NCBI GenBank assembly: GCA_040954595.2
Contig: CM082580.2
Coordinates: forward strand, 14,336,389 to 14,400,388
Origin: Balanoglossus misakiensis
Taxonomy: Eukaryota > Animalia > Hemichordata
Direction: 5' to 3'
DNA length: 64,000 nucleotides
Of this stretch, positions 46,701 through 61,800 are shown piece by piece. The translations under genes and the position numbers were made by a program. Under the pieces are notes generated by a model. The model was not told the origin of the DNA, searched no databases, and saw only the letters and a program-made list of their open reading frames with translations. How positions within the stretch are numbered: position 1 is the first letter of the stretch; each line of letters opens with the position of its first letter.

Positions 46701-49700
46701 TCCTGAGCTATAACCCATGATTTTTTCAAAAAATGAGCAAATTTTGAAAATTCGCAAAGTCGAAAAATCTTCGATTTTTGACGATTTTCCTGAGCTATAA
46801 CCCATGATTTTTTCAAAAAATGAGCAAATTTTGAAAATTCGCAAAGTCGAAAAATCTTCGATTTTTGACGATTTTCCTGAGCTATAACCCATGATTTTTT
46901 CAAAAAATGAGCAAATTTTGAAAATTCGCAAACTCGAAAAATCTTCGATTTTTGACGATTTTCCTGAGCTATAACCCATGATTTTTTCAAAAAATGAGCA
47001 AATTTTGAAAATTCGCAAACTCGAAAAATCTTCGATTTTTGACGATTTTCCTGAGCTATAACCCATGATTTTTTCAAAAAATGAGCAAATTTTGAAAATT
47101 CGCAAAGTCGAAAAATCTTCGATTTTTGACGATTTTCCTGAGCTATAACCCATGATTTTTTCAAAAAATGAGCAAATTTTGAAAATTCGCAAAGTCGAAA
47201 AATCTTCGATTTTTGACGATTTTCCTGAGCTATAACCCATGATTTTTTCAAAAAATGAGCAAATTTTGAAAATTCGCAAACTCGAAAAATCTTCGATTTT
47301 TGACGATTTTCCTGAGCTATAACCCATGATTTTTTCAAAAAATGAGCAAATTTTGAAAATTCGCAAACTCGAAAAATCTTCGATTTTTGACGATTTTCCT
47401 GAGCTATAACCCATGATTTTTTCAAAAAATGAGCAAATTTTGAAAATTCGCAAACTCGAAAAATCTTCGATTTTTGACGATTTTCCTGAGCTATAACCCA
47501 TGATTTTTTCAAAAAATGACCAAATTTTGAAAATTCGCAAAGTCGAAAAATCTTCGATTTTTGACGATTTTCCTGAGCTATAACCCATGATTTTTTCAAA
47601 AAATGAGCAAATTTTGAAAATTCGCAAACTCGAAAAATCTTCGATTTTTGACGATTTTCCTGAGCTATAACCCATGATTTTTTCAAAAAATGAGCAAATT
47701 TTGAAAATTCGCAAACTCGAAAAATCTTCGATTTTTGACGATTTTCCTGAGCTATAACCCATGATTTTTTCAAAAAATGAGCAAATTTTGAAAATTCGCA
47801 AACTCGAAAAATCTTCGATTTTTGACGATTTTCCTGAGCTATAACCCATGATTTTTTCAAAAAATGAGCAAATTTTGAAAATTCGCAAACTCGAAAAATC
47901 TTCGATTTTTGACGATTTTCCTGAGCTATAACCCATGATTTTTTCAAAAAATGAGCAAATTTTGAAAATTCGCAAACTCGAAAAATCTTCGATTTTTGAC
48001 GATTTTCCTGAGCTATAACCCATGATTTTTTCAAAAAATGAGCAAATTTTGAAAATTCGCAAACTCGAAAAATCTTCGATTTTTGACGATTTTCCTGAGC
48101 TATAACCCATGATTTTTTCAAAAAATGAGCAAATTTTGAAAATTCGCAAAGTCGAAAAATCTTCGATTTTTGACGATTTTCCTGAGCTATAACCCATGAA
48201 TTTTTCAAAAAATGACCAAATTTTGAAAATTCGCAAAGTCGAAAAATCTTCGATTTTTGACGATTTTCCTGAGCTATAACCCATGAATTTTTCAAAAAAT
48301 GACCAAATTTTGAAAATTCGCAAAGTCGAAAAATCTTCGATTTTTGACGATTTTCCTGAGCTATAACCCATGAATTTTTCAAAAAATGAGCAAATTTTGA
48401 AAATTCGCAAACTCGAAAAATCTTCGATTTTTGACGATTTTCCTGAGCTATAACCCATGAATTTTTCAAAAAATGAGCAAATTTTGAAAATTCGCAAAGT
48501 CGAAAAATCTTCGATTTTTGACGATTTTCCTGAGCTATAACCCATGATTTTTTCAAAAAATGACCAAATTTTGAAAATTCGCAAAGTCGAAAAATCTTCG
48601 ATTTTTGACGATTTTCCTGAGCTATAACCCATGATTTTTTCAAAAAATGACCAAATTTTGAAAATTCGCAAACTCGAAAAATCTTCGATTTTTGACGATT
48701 TTCCTGAGCTATAACCCATGATTTTTTCAAAAAATGAGCAAATTTTGAAAATTCGCAAACTCGAAAAATCTTCGATTTTTGACGATTTTCCTGAGCTATA
48801 ACCCATGATTTTTTCAAAAAATGAGCAAATTTTGAAAATTCGCAAACTCGAAAAATCTTCGATTTTTGACGATTTTCCTGAGCTATAACCCATGATTTTT
48901 TCAAAAAATGACCAAATTTTGAAAATTCGCAAAGTCGAAAAATCTTCGATTTTTGAAGATTTTCCTGAGCTATAACCCATGATTTTTTCAAAAAATGAGC
49001 AAATTTTGAAAATTCGCAAACTCGACAAATCTTCGATTTTTGACGATTTTCCTGAGCTATAACCCATGATTTTTTCAAAAAATGAGCAAATTTTGAAAAT
49101 TCGCAAACTCGAAAAATCTTCGATTTTTGACGATTTTCCTGAGCTATAACCCATGATTTTTTCAAAAAATGACCAAATTTTGAAAATTCGCAAACTCGAA
49201 AAATCTTCGATTTTTGACGATTTTCCTGAGCTATAACCCATGATTTTTTCAAAAAATGAGCAAATTTTGAAAATTCGCAAACTCGAAAAATCTTCGATTT
49301 TTGACGATTTTCCTGAGCTATAACCCATGATTTTTTCAAAAAATGAGCAAATTTTGAAAATTCGCAAAGTCGAAAAATCTTCGATTTTTGACGATTTTCC
49401 TGAGCTATAACCCATGATTTTTTCAAAAAATGACCAAATTTTGAAAATTCGCAAAGTCGAAAAATCTTCGATTTTTGAAGATTTTCCTGAGCTATAACCC
49501 ATGAATTTTTCAAAAAATGACCAAATTTTGAAAATTCGCAAAGTCGAAAAATCTTCGATTTTTGACGATTTTCCTGAGCTATAACCCATGATTTTTTCAA
49601 AAAATGAGCAAATTTTGAAAATTCGCAAACTCGAAAAATCTTCGATTTTTGACGATTTTCCTGAGCTATAACCCATGAATTTTTCAAAAAATGAGCAAAT

Positions 49701-52700
49701 TTTGAAAATTCGCAAACTCGAAAAATCTTCGATTTTTGACGATTTTCCTGAGCTATAACCCATGATTTTTTCAAAAAATGACCAAATTTTGAAAATTCGC
49801 AAACTCGAAAAATCTTCGATTTTTGACGATTTTCCTGAGCTATAACCCATGATTTTTTCAAAAAATGACCAAATTTTGAAAATTCGCAAACTCGAAAAAT
49901 CTTCGATTTTTGACGATTTTCCTGAGCTATAACCCATGATTTTTTCAAAAAATGAGCAAATTTTGAAAATTCGCAAACTCGAAAAATCTTCGATTTTTGA
50001 CGATTTTCCTGAGCTATAACCCATGATTTTTTCAAAAAATGACCAAATTTTGAAAATTCGCAAAGTCGAAAAATCTTCGATTTTTGAAGATTTTCCTGAG
50101 CTATAACCCATGATTTTTTCAAAAAATGACCAAATTTTGAAAATTCGCAAAGTCGAAAAATCTTCGATTTTTGAAGATTTTCCTGAGCTATAACCCATGA
50201 TTTTTTCAAAAAATGACCAAATTTTGAAAATTCGCAAAGTCGAAAAATCTTCGATTTTTGACGATTTTCCTGAGCTATAACCCATGAATTTTTCAAAAAA
50301 TGACCAAATTTTGAAAATTCGCAAAGTCGAAAAATCTTCGATTTTTGACGATTTTCCTGAGCTATAACCCATGATTTTTTCAAAAAATGAGCAAATTTTG
50401 AAAATTCGCAAAGTCGAAAAATCTTCGATTTTTGACGATTTTCCTGAGCTATAACCCATGATTTTTTCAAAAAATGAGCAAATTTTGAAAATTCGCAAAG
50501 TCGAAAAATCTTCGATTTTTGACGATTTTCCTGAGCTATAACCCATGATTTTTTCAAAAAATGAGCAAATTTTGAAAATTCGCAAACTCGAAAAATCTTC
50601 GATTTTTGACGATTTTCCTGAGCTATAACCCATGATTTTTTCAAAAAATGAGCAAATTTTGAAAATTCGCAAAGTCGAAAAATCTTCGATTTTTGACGAT
50701 TTTCCTGAGCTATAACCCATGATTTTTTCAAAAAATGAGCAAATTTTGAAAATTCGCAAAGTCGAAAAATCTTCGATTTTTGACGATTTTCCTGAGCTAT
50801 AACCCATAATTTTTTCAAAAAATGAGCAAATTTTGAAAATTCGCAAAGTTGAAAAATCTTCGATTTTTGACGATTTTCCTGAGCTATAACCCATGATTTT
50901 TTCAAAAAATGAGCAAATTTTGAAAATTCGCAAAGTCGAAAAATCTTCGATTTTTGACGATTTTCCTGAGCTATAACCCATGATTTTTTCAAAAAATGAG
51001 CAAATTTTGAAAATTCGCAAACTCGAAAAATCTTCGATTTTTGACGATTTTCCTGAGCTATAACCCATGATTTTTTCAAAAAATGAGCAAATTTTGAAAA
51101 TTCGCAAACTCGAAAAATCTTCGATTTTTGACGATTTTCCTGAGCTATAACCCATGATTTTTTCAAAAAATGAGCAAATTTTGAAAATTCGCAAACTCGA
51201 AAAATCTTCGATTTTTGACGATTTTCCTGAGCTATAACCCATGATTTTTTCAAAAAATGAGCAAATTTTGAAAATTCCCAAAGTCGAAAAATCTTCGATT
51301 TTTGACGATTTTCCTGAGCTATAACCCATGATTTTTTCAAAAAATGAGCAAATTTTGAAAATTCGCAAAGTCGAAAAATCTTCGATTTTTGACGATTTTC
51401 CTGAGCTATAACCCATGATTTTTTCAAAAAATGAGCAAATTTTGAAAATTCGCAAAGTCGAAAAATCTTCGATTTTTGACGATTTTCCTGAGCTATAACC
51501 CATGATTTTTTCAAAAAATGACCAAATTTTGAAAATTCGCAAAGTCGAAAAATCTTCGATTTTTGACGATTTTCCTGAGCTATAACCCATGAATTTTTCA
51601 AAAAATGACCAAATTTTGAAAATTCGCAAACTCGAAAAATCTTCGATTTTTGACGATTTTCCTGAGCTATAACCCATGATTTTTTCAAAAAATGAGCAAA
51701 TTTTGAAAATTCGCAAACTCGAAAAATCTTCGATTTTTGAGGATTTTCCTGAGCTATAACCCATGAATTTTTCAAAAAATGAGCAAATTTTGAAAATTCG
51801 CAAACTAGAAAAATCTTCGATTTTTGATTATTTTCCTGAGCTATAACCCATGATTTTTTCAAAAAATGACCAAATTTTGAAAATTCGCAAAGACGAAAAA
51901 TCTTCGATTTTTGACGATTTTCCTGAGCTATAACCCATGATTTTTTCAAAAAATGACCAAATTTTGAAAATTCGCAAACTCGAAAAATCTTCGATTTTTG
52001 ACGATTTTCCTGAGCTATAACCCATGATTTTTTCAAAAAACGACCAAATTTTGAAAATTCGCAAACTCGAAAAATCTTCGATTTTTGACGATTTTCCTGA
52101 GCTATAACCCATGATTTTTTCAAAAAATGAGCAAATTTTGAAAATTCGCAAAGTCGAAAAATCTTCGATTTTTGACGATTTTCCTGAGCTATAACCCATG
52201 ATTTTTTCAAAAAATGAGCAAATTTTGAAAATTCGCAAACTCGAAAAATCTTCGATTTTTGACGATTTTCCTGAGCTATAACCCATGATTTTTTCAAAAA
52301 ATGACCAAATTTTGAAAATTCGCAAACTCGAAAAATCTTCGATTTTTGACGATTTTCCTGAGCTATAACCCATGATTTTTTCAAAAAATGACCAAATTTT
52401 GAAAATTCGCAAACTCGAAAAATCTTCGATTTTTGACGATTTTCCTGAGCTATAACCCATGATTTTTTCAAAAAATGACCAAATTTTGAAAATTCGCAAA
52501 CTCGAAAAATCTTCGATTTTTGACGATTTTCCTGAGCTATAACCCATGATTTTTTCAAAAAATGACCAAATTTTGAAAATTCGCAAACTCGAAAAATCTT
52601 CGATTTTTGACGATTTTCCTGAGCTATAACCCATGATTTTTTCAAAAAATGACCAAATTTAGAAAATTCGCAAAGTCGAAAAATCTTCGATTTTTGACGA

Positions 52701-55700
52701 TTTTCCTGAGCTATAACCCATGATTTTTTCAAAAAATGACCAAATTTAGAAAATTCGCAAAGTCGAAAAATCTTCGATTTTTGACGATTTTCCTGAGCTA
52801 TAACCCATGATTTTTTCAAAAAATGACCAAATTCTGAAAATTCGCAAAGTCGAAAAATCTTCGATTTTTGACGATTTTCCTGAGCTATAACCCATGATTT
52901 TTTCAAAAAATGACCAAATTCTGAAAATTCGCAAAGTCGAAAAATCTTCGATTTTTGACGATTTTCCTGAGCTATAACCCATGGTTTTTTCAAAAAATGA
53001 CCAAATTTAGAAAATTCGCAAAGTCGAAAAATCTTCGATTTTTGACGATTTTCCTGAGCTACAACCCATGGTTTTTTCAAAAAATGACCAAATTTAGAAA
53101 ATTCGCAAAGTCGAAAAATCTTCGATTTTTGACGATTTTCCTGAGCTACAACCCATGGTTTTTTCAAAAAATGACCAAATTTAGAAAATTCGCAAAGTCG
53201 AAAAATCTTCGATTTTTGACGATTTTCCTGAGCTATAACCCATGATTTTTTCAAAAAATGACCAAATTTAGAAAATTCGCAAAGTCGAAAAATCTTCGAT
53301 TTTTGACGATTTTCCTGAGCTATAACCCATGATTTTTTCAAAAAATGACCAAATTTAGAAAATTCGCAAAGTCGAAAAATCTTCGATTTTTGACGATTTT
53401 CCTGAGCTATAACCCATGATTTTTTCAAAAAATGACCAAATTTTGAAAATTCGCAAAGTCGAAAAATCTTCGATTTTTGACGATTTTCCTGAGCTATAAC
53501 CCATGATTTTTTCAAAAAATGAGCAAATTTTGAAAATTCTCAAACTCGAAAAATCTTCGATTTTTGACGATTTTCCTGAGCTATAACCCATGATTTTTTC
53601 AAAAAATGAGCAAATTTTGAAAATTCGCAAACTCGAAAAATCTTCGATTTTTGACGATTTTCCTGAGCTATAACCCATGATTTTTTCAAAAAATGAGCAA
53701 ATTTTGAAAATTCGCAAACTCGAAAAATCTTCGATTTTTGACGATTTTCCTGAGCTATAACCCATGATTTTTTCAAAAAATGAGCAAATTTTGAAAATTC
53801 GCAAACTCGAAAAATCTTCGATTTTTGACGATTTTCCTGAGCTATAACCCATGATTTTTTCAAAAAATGAGCAAATTTTGAAAATTCGCAAAGTCGAAAA
53901 ATCTTCGATTTTTGAAGATTTTCCTGAGCTATAACCCATGATTTTTTCAAAAAATGACCAAATTTTGAAAATTCGCAAAGTCGAAAAATCTTCGATTTTT
54001 GAAGATTTTCCTGAGCTATAACCCATGATTTTTTCAAAAAATGACCAAATTTTGAAAATTCGCAAAGTCGAAAAATCTTCGATTTTTGAAGATTTTCCTG
54101 AGCTATAACCCATGAATTTTTCAAAAAATGACCAAATTTTGAAAATTCGCAAAGTCGAAAAATCTTCGATTTTTGACGATTTTCCTGAGCTATAACCCAT
54201 GATTTTTTCAAAAAATGACCAAATTTTGAAAATTCGCAAACTCGAAAAATCTTCGATTTTTGACGATTTTCCTGAGCTATAACCCATGAATTTTTCAAAA
54301 AATGAGCAAATTTTGAAAATTCGCAAAGTCGAAAAATCTTCGATTTTTGACGATTTTCCTGAGCTATAACCCATGATTTTTTCAAAAAATGAGCAAATTT
54401 TGAAAATTCGCAAACTCGAAAAATCTTCGATTTTTGACGATTTTCCTGAGCTATAACCCATGATTTTTTCAAAAAATGAGCAAATTTTGAAAATTCGCAA
54501 ACTCGAAAAATCTTCGATTTTTGACGATTTTCCTGAGCTATAACCCATGATTTTTTCAAAAAATGAGCAAATTTTGAAAATTCGCAAACTCGAAAAATCT
54601 TCGATTTTTGACGATTTTCCTGAGCTATAACCCATGATTTTTTCAAAAAATGAGCAAATTTTGAAAATTCGCAAACTCGAAAAATCTTCGATTTTTGACG
54701 ATTTTCCTGAGCTATAACCCATGATTTTTTCAAAAAATGAGCAAATTTTGAAAATTCCCAAAGTCGAAAAATCTTCGATTTTTGACGATTTTCCTGAGCT
54801 ATAACCCATGATTTTTTCAAAAAATGAGCAAATTTTGAAAATTCCCAAAGTCGAAAAATCTTCGATTTTTGACGATTTTCCTGAGCTATAACCCATGATT
54901 TTTTCAAAAAATGACCAAATTTTGAAAATTCGCAAAGTCGAAAAATCTTCGATTTTTGACGATTTTCCTGAGCTATAACCCATGATTTTTTCAAAAAATG
55001 ACCAAATTTTGAAAATTCGCAAAGTCGAAAAATCTTCGATTTTTGACGATTTTCCTGAGCTATAACCCATGATTTTTTCAAAAAATGACCAAATTTTGAA
55101 AATTCGCAAAGTCGAAAAATCTTCGATTTTTGACGATTTTCCTGAGCTATAACCCATGAATTTTTCAAAAAATGACCAAATTTTGAAAATTCGCAAACTC
55201 GAAAAATCTTCGATTTTTGACGATTTTCCTGAGCTATAACCCATGATTTTTTCAAAAAATGAGCAAATTTTGAAAATTCGCAAACTCGAAAAATCTTCGA
55301 TTTTTGACGATTTTCCTGAGCTATAACCCATGAATTTTTCAAAAAATGACCAAATTTTGAAAATTCGCAAACTAGAAAAATCTTCGATTTTTGACGATTT
55401 TCCTGAGCTATAACCCATGATTTTTTCAAAAAATGACCAAATTTTGAAAATTCGCAAAGACGAAAAATCTTCGATTTTTGACGATTTTCCTGAGCTATAA
55501 CCCATGATTTTTTCAAAAAATGACCAAATTTTGAAAATTCGCAAACTCGAAAAATCTTCGATTTTTGACGATTTTCCTGAGCTATAACCCATGATTTTTT
55601 CAAAAAATGACCAAATTTTGAAAATTCGCAAACTCGAAAAATCTTCGATTTTTGACGATTTTCCTGAGCTATAACCCATGATTTTTTCAAAAAATGACCA

Positions 55701-58700
55701 AATTTTGAAAATTCGCAAACTCGAAAAATCTTCGATTTTTGACGATTTTCCTGAGCTATAACCCATGATTTTTTCAAAAAATGAGCAAATTTTGAAAATT
55801 CGCAAAGTCGAAAAATCTTCGATTTTTGACGATTTTCCTGAGCTATAACCCATGATTTTTTCAAAAAATGAGCAAATTTTGAAAATTCGCAAAGTCGAAA
55901 AATCTTCGATTTTTGACGATTTTCCTGAGCTATAACCCATGATTTTTTCAAAAAATGAGCAAATTTTGAAAATTCGCAAAGTCGAAAAATCTTCGATTTT
56001 TGACGATTTTCCTGAGCTATAACCCATGATTTTTTCAAAAAATGACCAAATTTTGAAAATTCGCAAACTCGAAAAATCTTCGATTTTTGACGATTTTCCT
56101 GAGCTATAACCCATGATTTTTTCAAAAAATGACCAAATTTTGAAAATTCGCAAACTCGAAAAATCTTCGATTTTTGACGATTTTCCTGAGCTATAACCCA
56201 TGATTTTTTCAAAAAATGACCAAATTTAGAAAATTCGCAAAGTCGAAAAATCTTCGATTTTTGACGATTTTCCTGAGCTATAACCCATGATTTTTTCAAA
56301 AAATGACCAAATTTAGAAAATTCGCAAAGTCGAAAAATCTTCGATTTTTGACGATTTTCCTGAGCTATAACCCATGATTTTTTCAAAAAATGACCAAATT
56401 TAGAAAATTCGCAAAGTCGAAAAATCTTCGATTTTTGACGATTTTCCTGAGCTATAACCCATGATTTTTTCAAAAAATGACCAAATTCTGAAAATTCGCA
56501 AAGTCGAAAAATCTTCGATTTTTGACGATTTTCCTGAGCTATAACCCATGATTTTTTCAAAAAATGACCAAATTTAGAAAATTCGCAAAGTCGAAAAATC
56601 TTCGATTTTTGACGATTTTCCTGAGCTATAACCCATGGTTTTTTCAAAAAATGACCAAATTTTGAAAATTCGCAAAGTCGAAAAATCTTCGATTTTTGAC
56701 GATTTTCCTGAGCTATAACCCATGATTTTTTCAAAAAATGACCAAATTTAGAAAATTCGCAAAGTCGAAAAATCTTCGATTTTTGACGATTTTCCTGAGC
56801 TATAACCCATGATTTTTTCAAAAAATGACCAAATTTAGAAAATTCGCAAAGTCGAAAAATCTTCGATTTTTGACGATTTTCCTGAGCTATAACCCATGAT
56901 TTTTTCAAAAAATGACCAAATTTTGAAAATTCGCAAAGTCGAAAAATCTTCGATTTTTGACGATTTTCCTGAGCTATAACCCATGATTTTTTCAAAAAAT
57001 GACCAAATTTTGAAAATTCGCAAAGTCGAAAAATCTTCGATTTTTGACGATTTTCCTGAGCTATAACCCATGATTTTTTCAAAAAATGACCAAATTTAGA
57101 AAATTCGCAAAGTCGAAAAATCTTCGATTTTTGACGATTTTCCTGAGCTATAACCCATGATTTTTTCAAAAAATGAGCAAATTTTGAAAATTCGCAAAGT
57201 CGAAAAATCTTCGATTTTTGACGATTTTCCTGAGCTATAACCCATGATTTTTTCAAAAAATGAGCAAATTTTGAAAATTCGCAAAGTCGAAAAATCTTCG
57301 ATTTTTGACGATTTTCCTGAGCTATAACCCATGATTTTTTCAAAAAATGAGCAAATTTTGAAAATTCGCAAAGTCGAAAAATCTTCGATTTTTGACGATT
57401 TTCCTGAGCTATAACCCATGATTTTTTTCAAAAAATGAGCAAATTTTGAAAATTCGCAAAGTCGAAAAATCTTCGATTTTTGACGATTTTCCTGAGCTAT
57501 AACCCATGATTTTTTCAAAAAATGAGCAAATTTTGAAAATTCGCAAAGTCGAAAAATCTTCGATTTTTGACGATTTTCCTGAGCTATATAACCCGTAATT
57601 TTTTCAAAAAATGAGCAAATTTTGAAAATTCGCAAACTCGAAAAATCTTCGATTTTTGACGATTTTCCTGAGCTATAAACCATGATTTTTTCAAAAAATG
57701 AGCAAATTTTGAAAATTCGCAAACTCGAAAAATCTTCGATTTTTGACGATTTTCCTGAGCTATAACCCATGATTTTTTCAAAAAATGAGCAAATTTTGAA
57801 AATTCGCAAACTCGAAAAATCTTCGATTTTTGACGATTTTCCTGAGCTATAACCCATGATTTTTTCAAAAAATGAGCAAATTTTGAAAATTCGCAAACTC
57901 GAAAAATCTTCGATTTTTGACGATTTTCCTGAGCTATAACCCATGATTTTTTCAAAAAATGAGCAAATTTTGAAAATTCGCAAAGTCGAAAAATCTTCGA
58001 TTTTTGACGATTTTCCTGAGCTATAACCCATGATTTTTTCAAAAAATGAGCAAATTTTGAAAATTCGCAAAGTCGAAAAATCTTCGATTTTTGACGATTT
58101 TCCTGAGCTATAACCCATGATTTTTTCAAAAAATGAGCAAATTTTGAAAATTCGCAAAGTCGAAAAATCTTCGATTTTTGACGATTTTCCTGAGCTATAA
58201 CCCATGATTTTTTCAAAAAATGAGCAAATTTTGAAAATTCGCAAAGTCGAAAAATCTTCGATTTTTGACGATTTTCCTGAGCTATAACCCATGATTTTTT
58301 TCAAAAAATGAGCAAATTTTGAAAATTCGCAAAGTCGAAAAATCTTCGATTTTTGACGATTTTCCTGAGCTATAACCCATGATTTTTTCAAAAAATGAGC
58401 AAATTTTGAAAATTCGCAAAGTCGAAAAATCTTCGATTTTTGACGATTTTCCTGAGCTATATAACCCATAATTTTTTCAAAAAATGAGCAAATTTTGAAA
58501 ATTCGCAAACTCGAAAAATCTTCGATTTTTGACGATTTTCCTGAGCTATAAACCATGATTTTTTCAAAAAATGAGCAAATTTTGAAAATTCGCAAACTCG
58601 AAAAATCTTCGATTTTTGACGATTTTCCTGAGCTATAACCCATGATTTTTTCAAAAAATGACCAAATTTTCAAAATTCGCAAAGTCGAAAAATCTTCGAT

Positions 58701-58825
58701 TTTTGACGATTTTCCTGTGCTATAACCCATGATTTTTTCAAAAAATGAGCAAATTTTCAAAATTCGCAAAGTCGAAAAATCTTTGATTTTTGACGATTTT
58801 CCTGAGCTATAACCCACTATTTTTT
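43758..58825 (+). repeat. Main satellite arm 1: about 173 homogeneous 87-bp monomers, forward
   Basis: Near-identical units that vary mainly at GAGC/GACC and AAAC/AAAG. Confidence 0.98.
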
Positions 58826-61800
58826 CAAAATTTGCTCATTTTTTGGAAAAATCGTGGGTTATAGCTCAGGAAAATCGTCAAAAATCGAAGATTTTTCGAC
58901 TTTGCGAATTTTCAAAATTTGCTCATTTTTTGAAAAAAATCATGGGTTATAGCTCAGGAAAATCGTCAAAAATCGAAGATTTTTCGACTTTGCGAATTTT
59001 CAAAATTTGCTCATTTTTTGAAAAAATCATGGGTTATAGCTCAGGAAAATCGTCAAAAATCGAAGATTTTTCGACTTTGCGAATTTTCTAAATTTGCTCA
59101 TTTTTTGAAAAAATCATGGGTTATAGCTCAGGAAAATCGTCAAAAATCGAAGATTTTTGGACTTTGCGAATTTTCTAAATTTGCTCATTTTTTGAAAAAA
59201 TCATGGGTTATAGCTCAGGAAAATCGTCAAAAATCGAAGATTTTTCGAGTTTGCGAATTTTCAAAATTTGCTCATTTTTTGAAAAAATCATGGGTTATAG
59301 CTCAGGAAAATCGTCAAAAATCGAAGATTTTTCGAGTTTGCGAATTTTCAAAATTTGCTCATTTTTTGAAAAATTCATGGGTTATAGCTCAGGAAAATCG
59401 TCAAAAATCGAAGATTTTTCGAGTTTGCGAATTTTCAAAATTTGCTCATTTTTTGAAAAAATCATGGGTTATAGCTCAGGAAAATCGTCAAAAATCGAAG
59501 ATTTTTCGAGTTTGCGAATTTTCAAAATTTGCTCATTTTTTGAAAAAATCATGGGTTATAGCTCAGGAAAATCGTCAAAAATCGAAGATTTTTCGAGTTT
59601 GCGAATTTTCAAAATTTGCTCATTTTTTGAAAAAATCATGGGTTATAGCTCAGGAAAATCGTCAAAAATCGAAGATTTTTCGAGTTTGCGAATTTTCAAA
59701 ATTTGCTCATTTTTTGAAAAAATCATGGGTTATAGCTCAGGAAAATCGTCAAAAATCGAAGATTTTTCGAGTTTGCGAATTTTCAAAATTTGCTCATTTT
59801 TTGAAAAAATCATGGGTTATAGCTCAGGAAAATCGTCAAAAATCGAAGATTTTTCGACTTTGCGAATTTTCAAAATTTGCTCATTTTTTGAAAAAATCAT
59901 GGGTTATAGCTCAGGAAAATCGTCAAAAATCGAAGATTTTTCGACTTTGCGAATTTTCAAAATTTGCTCATTTTTTGAAAAAATCATGGGTTATAGCTCA
60001 GGAAAATCGTCAAAAATCGAAGATTTTTCGAGTTTGCGAATTTTCAAAATTTGCTCATTTTTTGAAAAAATCATGGGTTATAGCTCAGGAAAATCGTCAA
60101 AAATCGAAGATTTTTCGAGTTTGCGAATTTTCAAAATTTGCTCATTTTTTGAAAAATTCATGGGTTATAGCTCAGGAAAATCGTCAAAAATCGAAGATTT
60201 TTCGAGTTTGCGAATTTTCAAAATTTGCTCATTTTTTGAAAAAATCATGGGTTATAGCTCAGGAAAATCGTCAAAAATCGAAGATTTTTCGAGTTTGCGA
60301 ATTTTCAAAATTTGCTCATTTTTTGAAAAAATCATGGGTTATAGCTCAGGAAAATCGTCAAAAATCGAAGATTTTTCGAGTTTGCGAATTTTCAAAATTT
60401 GCTCATTTTTTGAAAAATTCATGGGTTATAGCTCAGGAAAATCGTCAAAAATCGAAGATTTTTCGAGTTTGCGAATTTTCAAAATTTGCTCATTTTTTGA
60501 AAAATTCATGGGTTATAGCGCAGGAAAATCGTCAAAAATCGAAGATTTTTCGAGTTTGCGAATTTTCAAAATTTGCTCATTTTTTGAAAAAATCATGGGT
60601 TATAGCTCAGGAAAATCGTCAAAAATCGAAGATTTTTCGACTTTGCGAATTTTCAAAATTTGCTCATTTTTTGAAAAAATCATGGGTTATAGCTCAGGAA
60701 AATCGTCAAAAATCGAAGATTTTTCGAGTTTGCGAATTTTCAAAATTTGCTCATTTTTTGAAAAAAATCATGGGTTATAGCTCAGGAAAATCGTCAAAAA
60801 TCGAAGATATTTCGACTTTGCGAATTTTCAAAATTTGCTCATTTTTTGAAAAAATCATGGGTTATAGCTCAGGAAAATCGTCAAAAATCGAAGATTTTTC
60901 GAGTTTGCGAATTTTCAAAATTTGCTCATTTTTTGAAAAAATCATGGGTTATAGCTCAGGAAAATCGTCAAAAATCGAAGATTTTTCGAGTTTGCGAATT
61001 TTCAAAATTTGCTCATTTTTTGAAAAAATCATGGGTTATAGCTCAGGAAAATCGTCAAAAATCGAAGATTTTTCGAGTTTGCGAATTTTCAAAATTTGCT
61101 CATTTTTTGAAAAAATCATGGGTTATAGCTCAGGAAAATCGTCAAAAATCGAAGATTTTTCGAGTTTGCGAATTTTCAAAATTTGCTCATTTTTTGAAAA
61201 AATCATGGGTTATAGCTCAGGAAAATCGTCAAAAATCGAAGATTTTTCGAGTTTGCGAATTTTCAAAATTTGCTCATTTTTTGAAAAAATCATGGGTTAT
61301 AGCTCAGGAAAATCGTCAAAAATCGAAGATTTTTCGAGTTTGCGAATTTTCAAAATTTGCTCATTTTTTGAAAAAATCATGGGTTATAGCTCAGGAAAAT
61401 CGTCAAAAATCGAAGATTTTTCGAGTTTGCGAATTTTCAAAATTTGCTCATTTTTTGAAAAAATCATGGGTTATAGCTCAGGAAAATCGTCAAAAATCGA
61501 AGATTTTTCGACTTTGCGAATTTTCAAAATTTGCTCATTTTTTGAAAAAATCATGGGTTATAGCTCAGGAAAATCGTCAAAAATCGAAGATTTTTCGAGT
61601 TTGCGAATTTTCAAAATTTGCTCATTTTTTGAAAAAATCATGGGTTATAGCTCAGGAAAATCGTCAAAAATCGAAGATTTTTCGAGTTTGCGAATTTTCA
61701 AAATTTGCTCATTTTTTGAAAAAATCATGTGTTATAGCTCAGGAAAATCGTCAAAAATCGAAGATTTTTCGAGTTTGCGAATTTTCAAAATTTGCTCATT

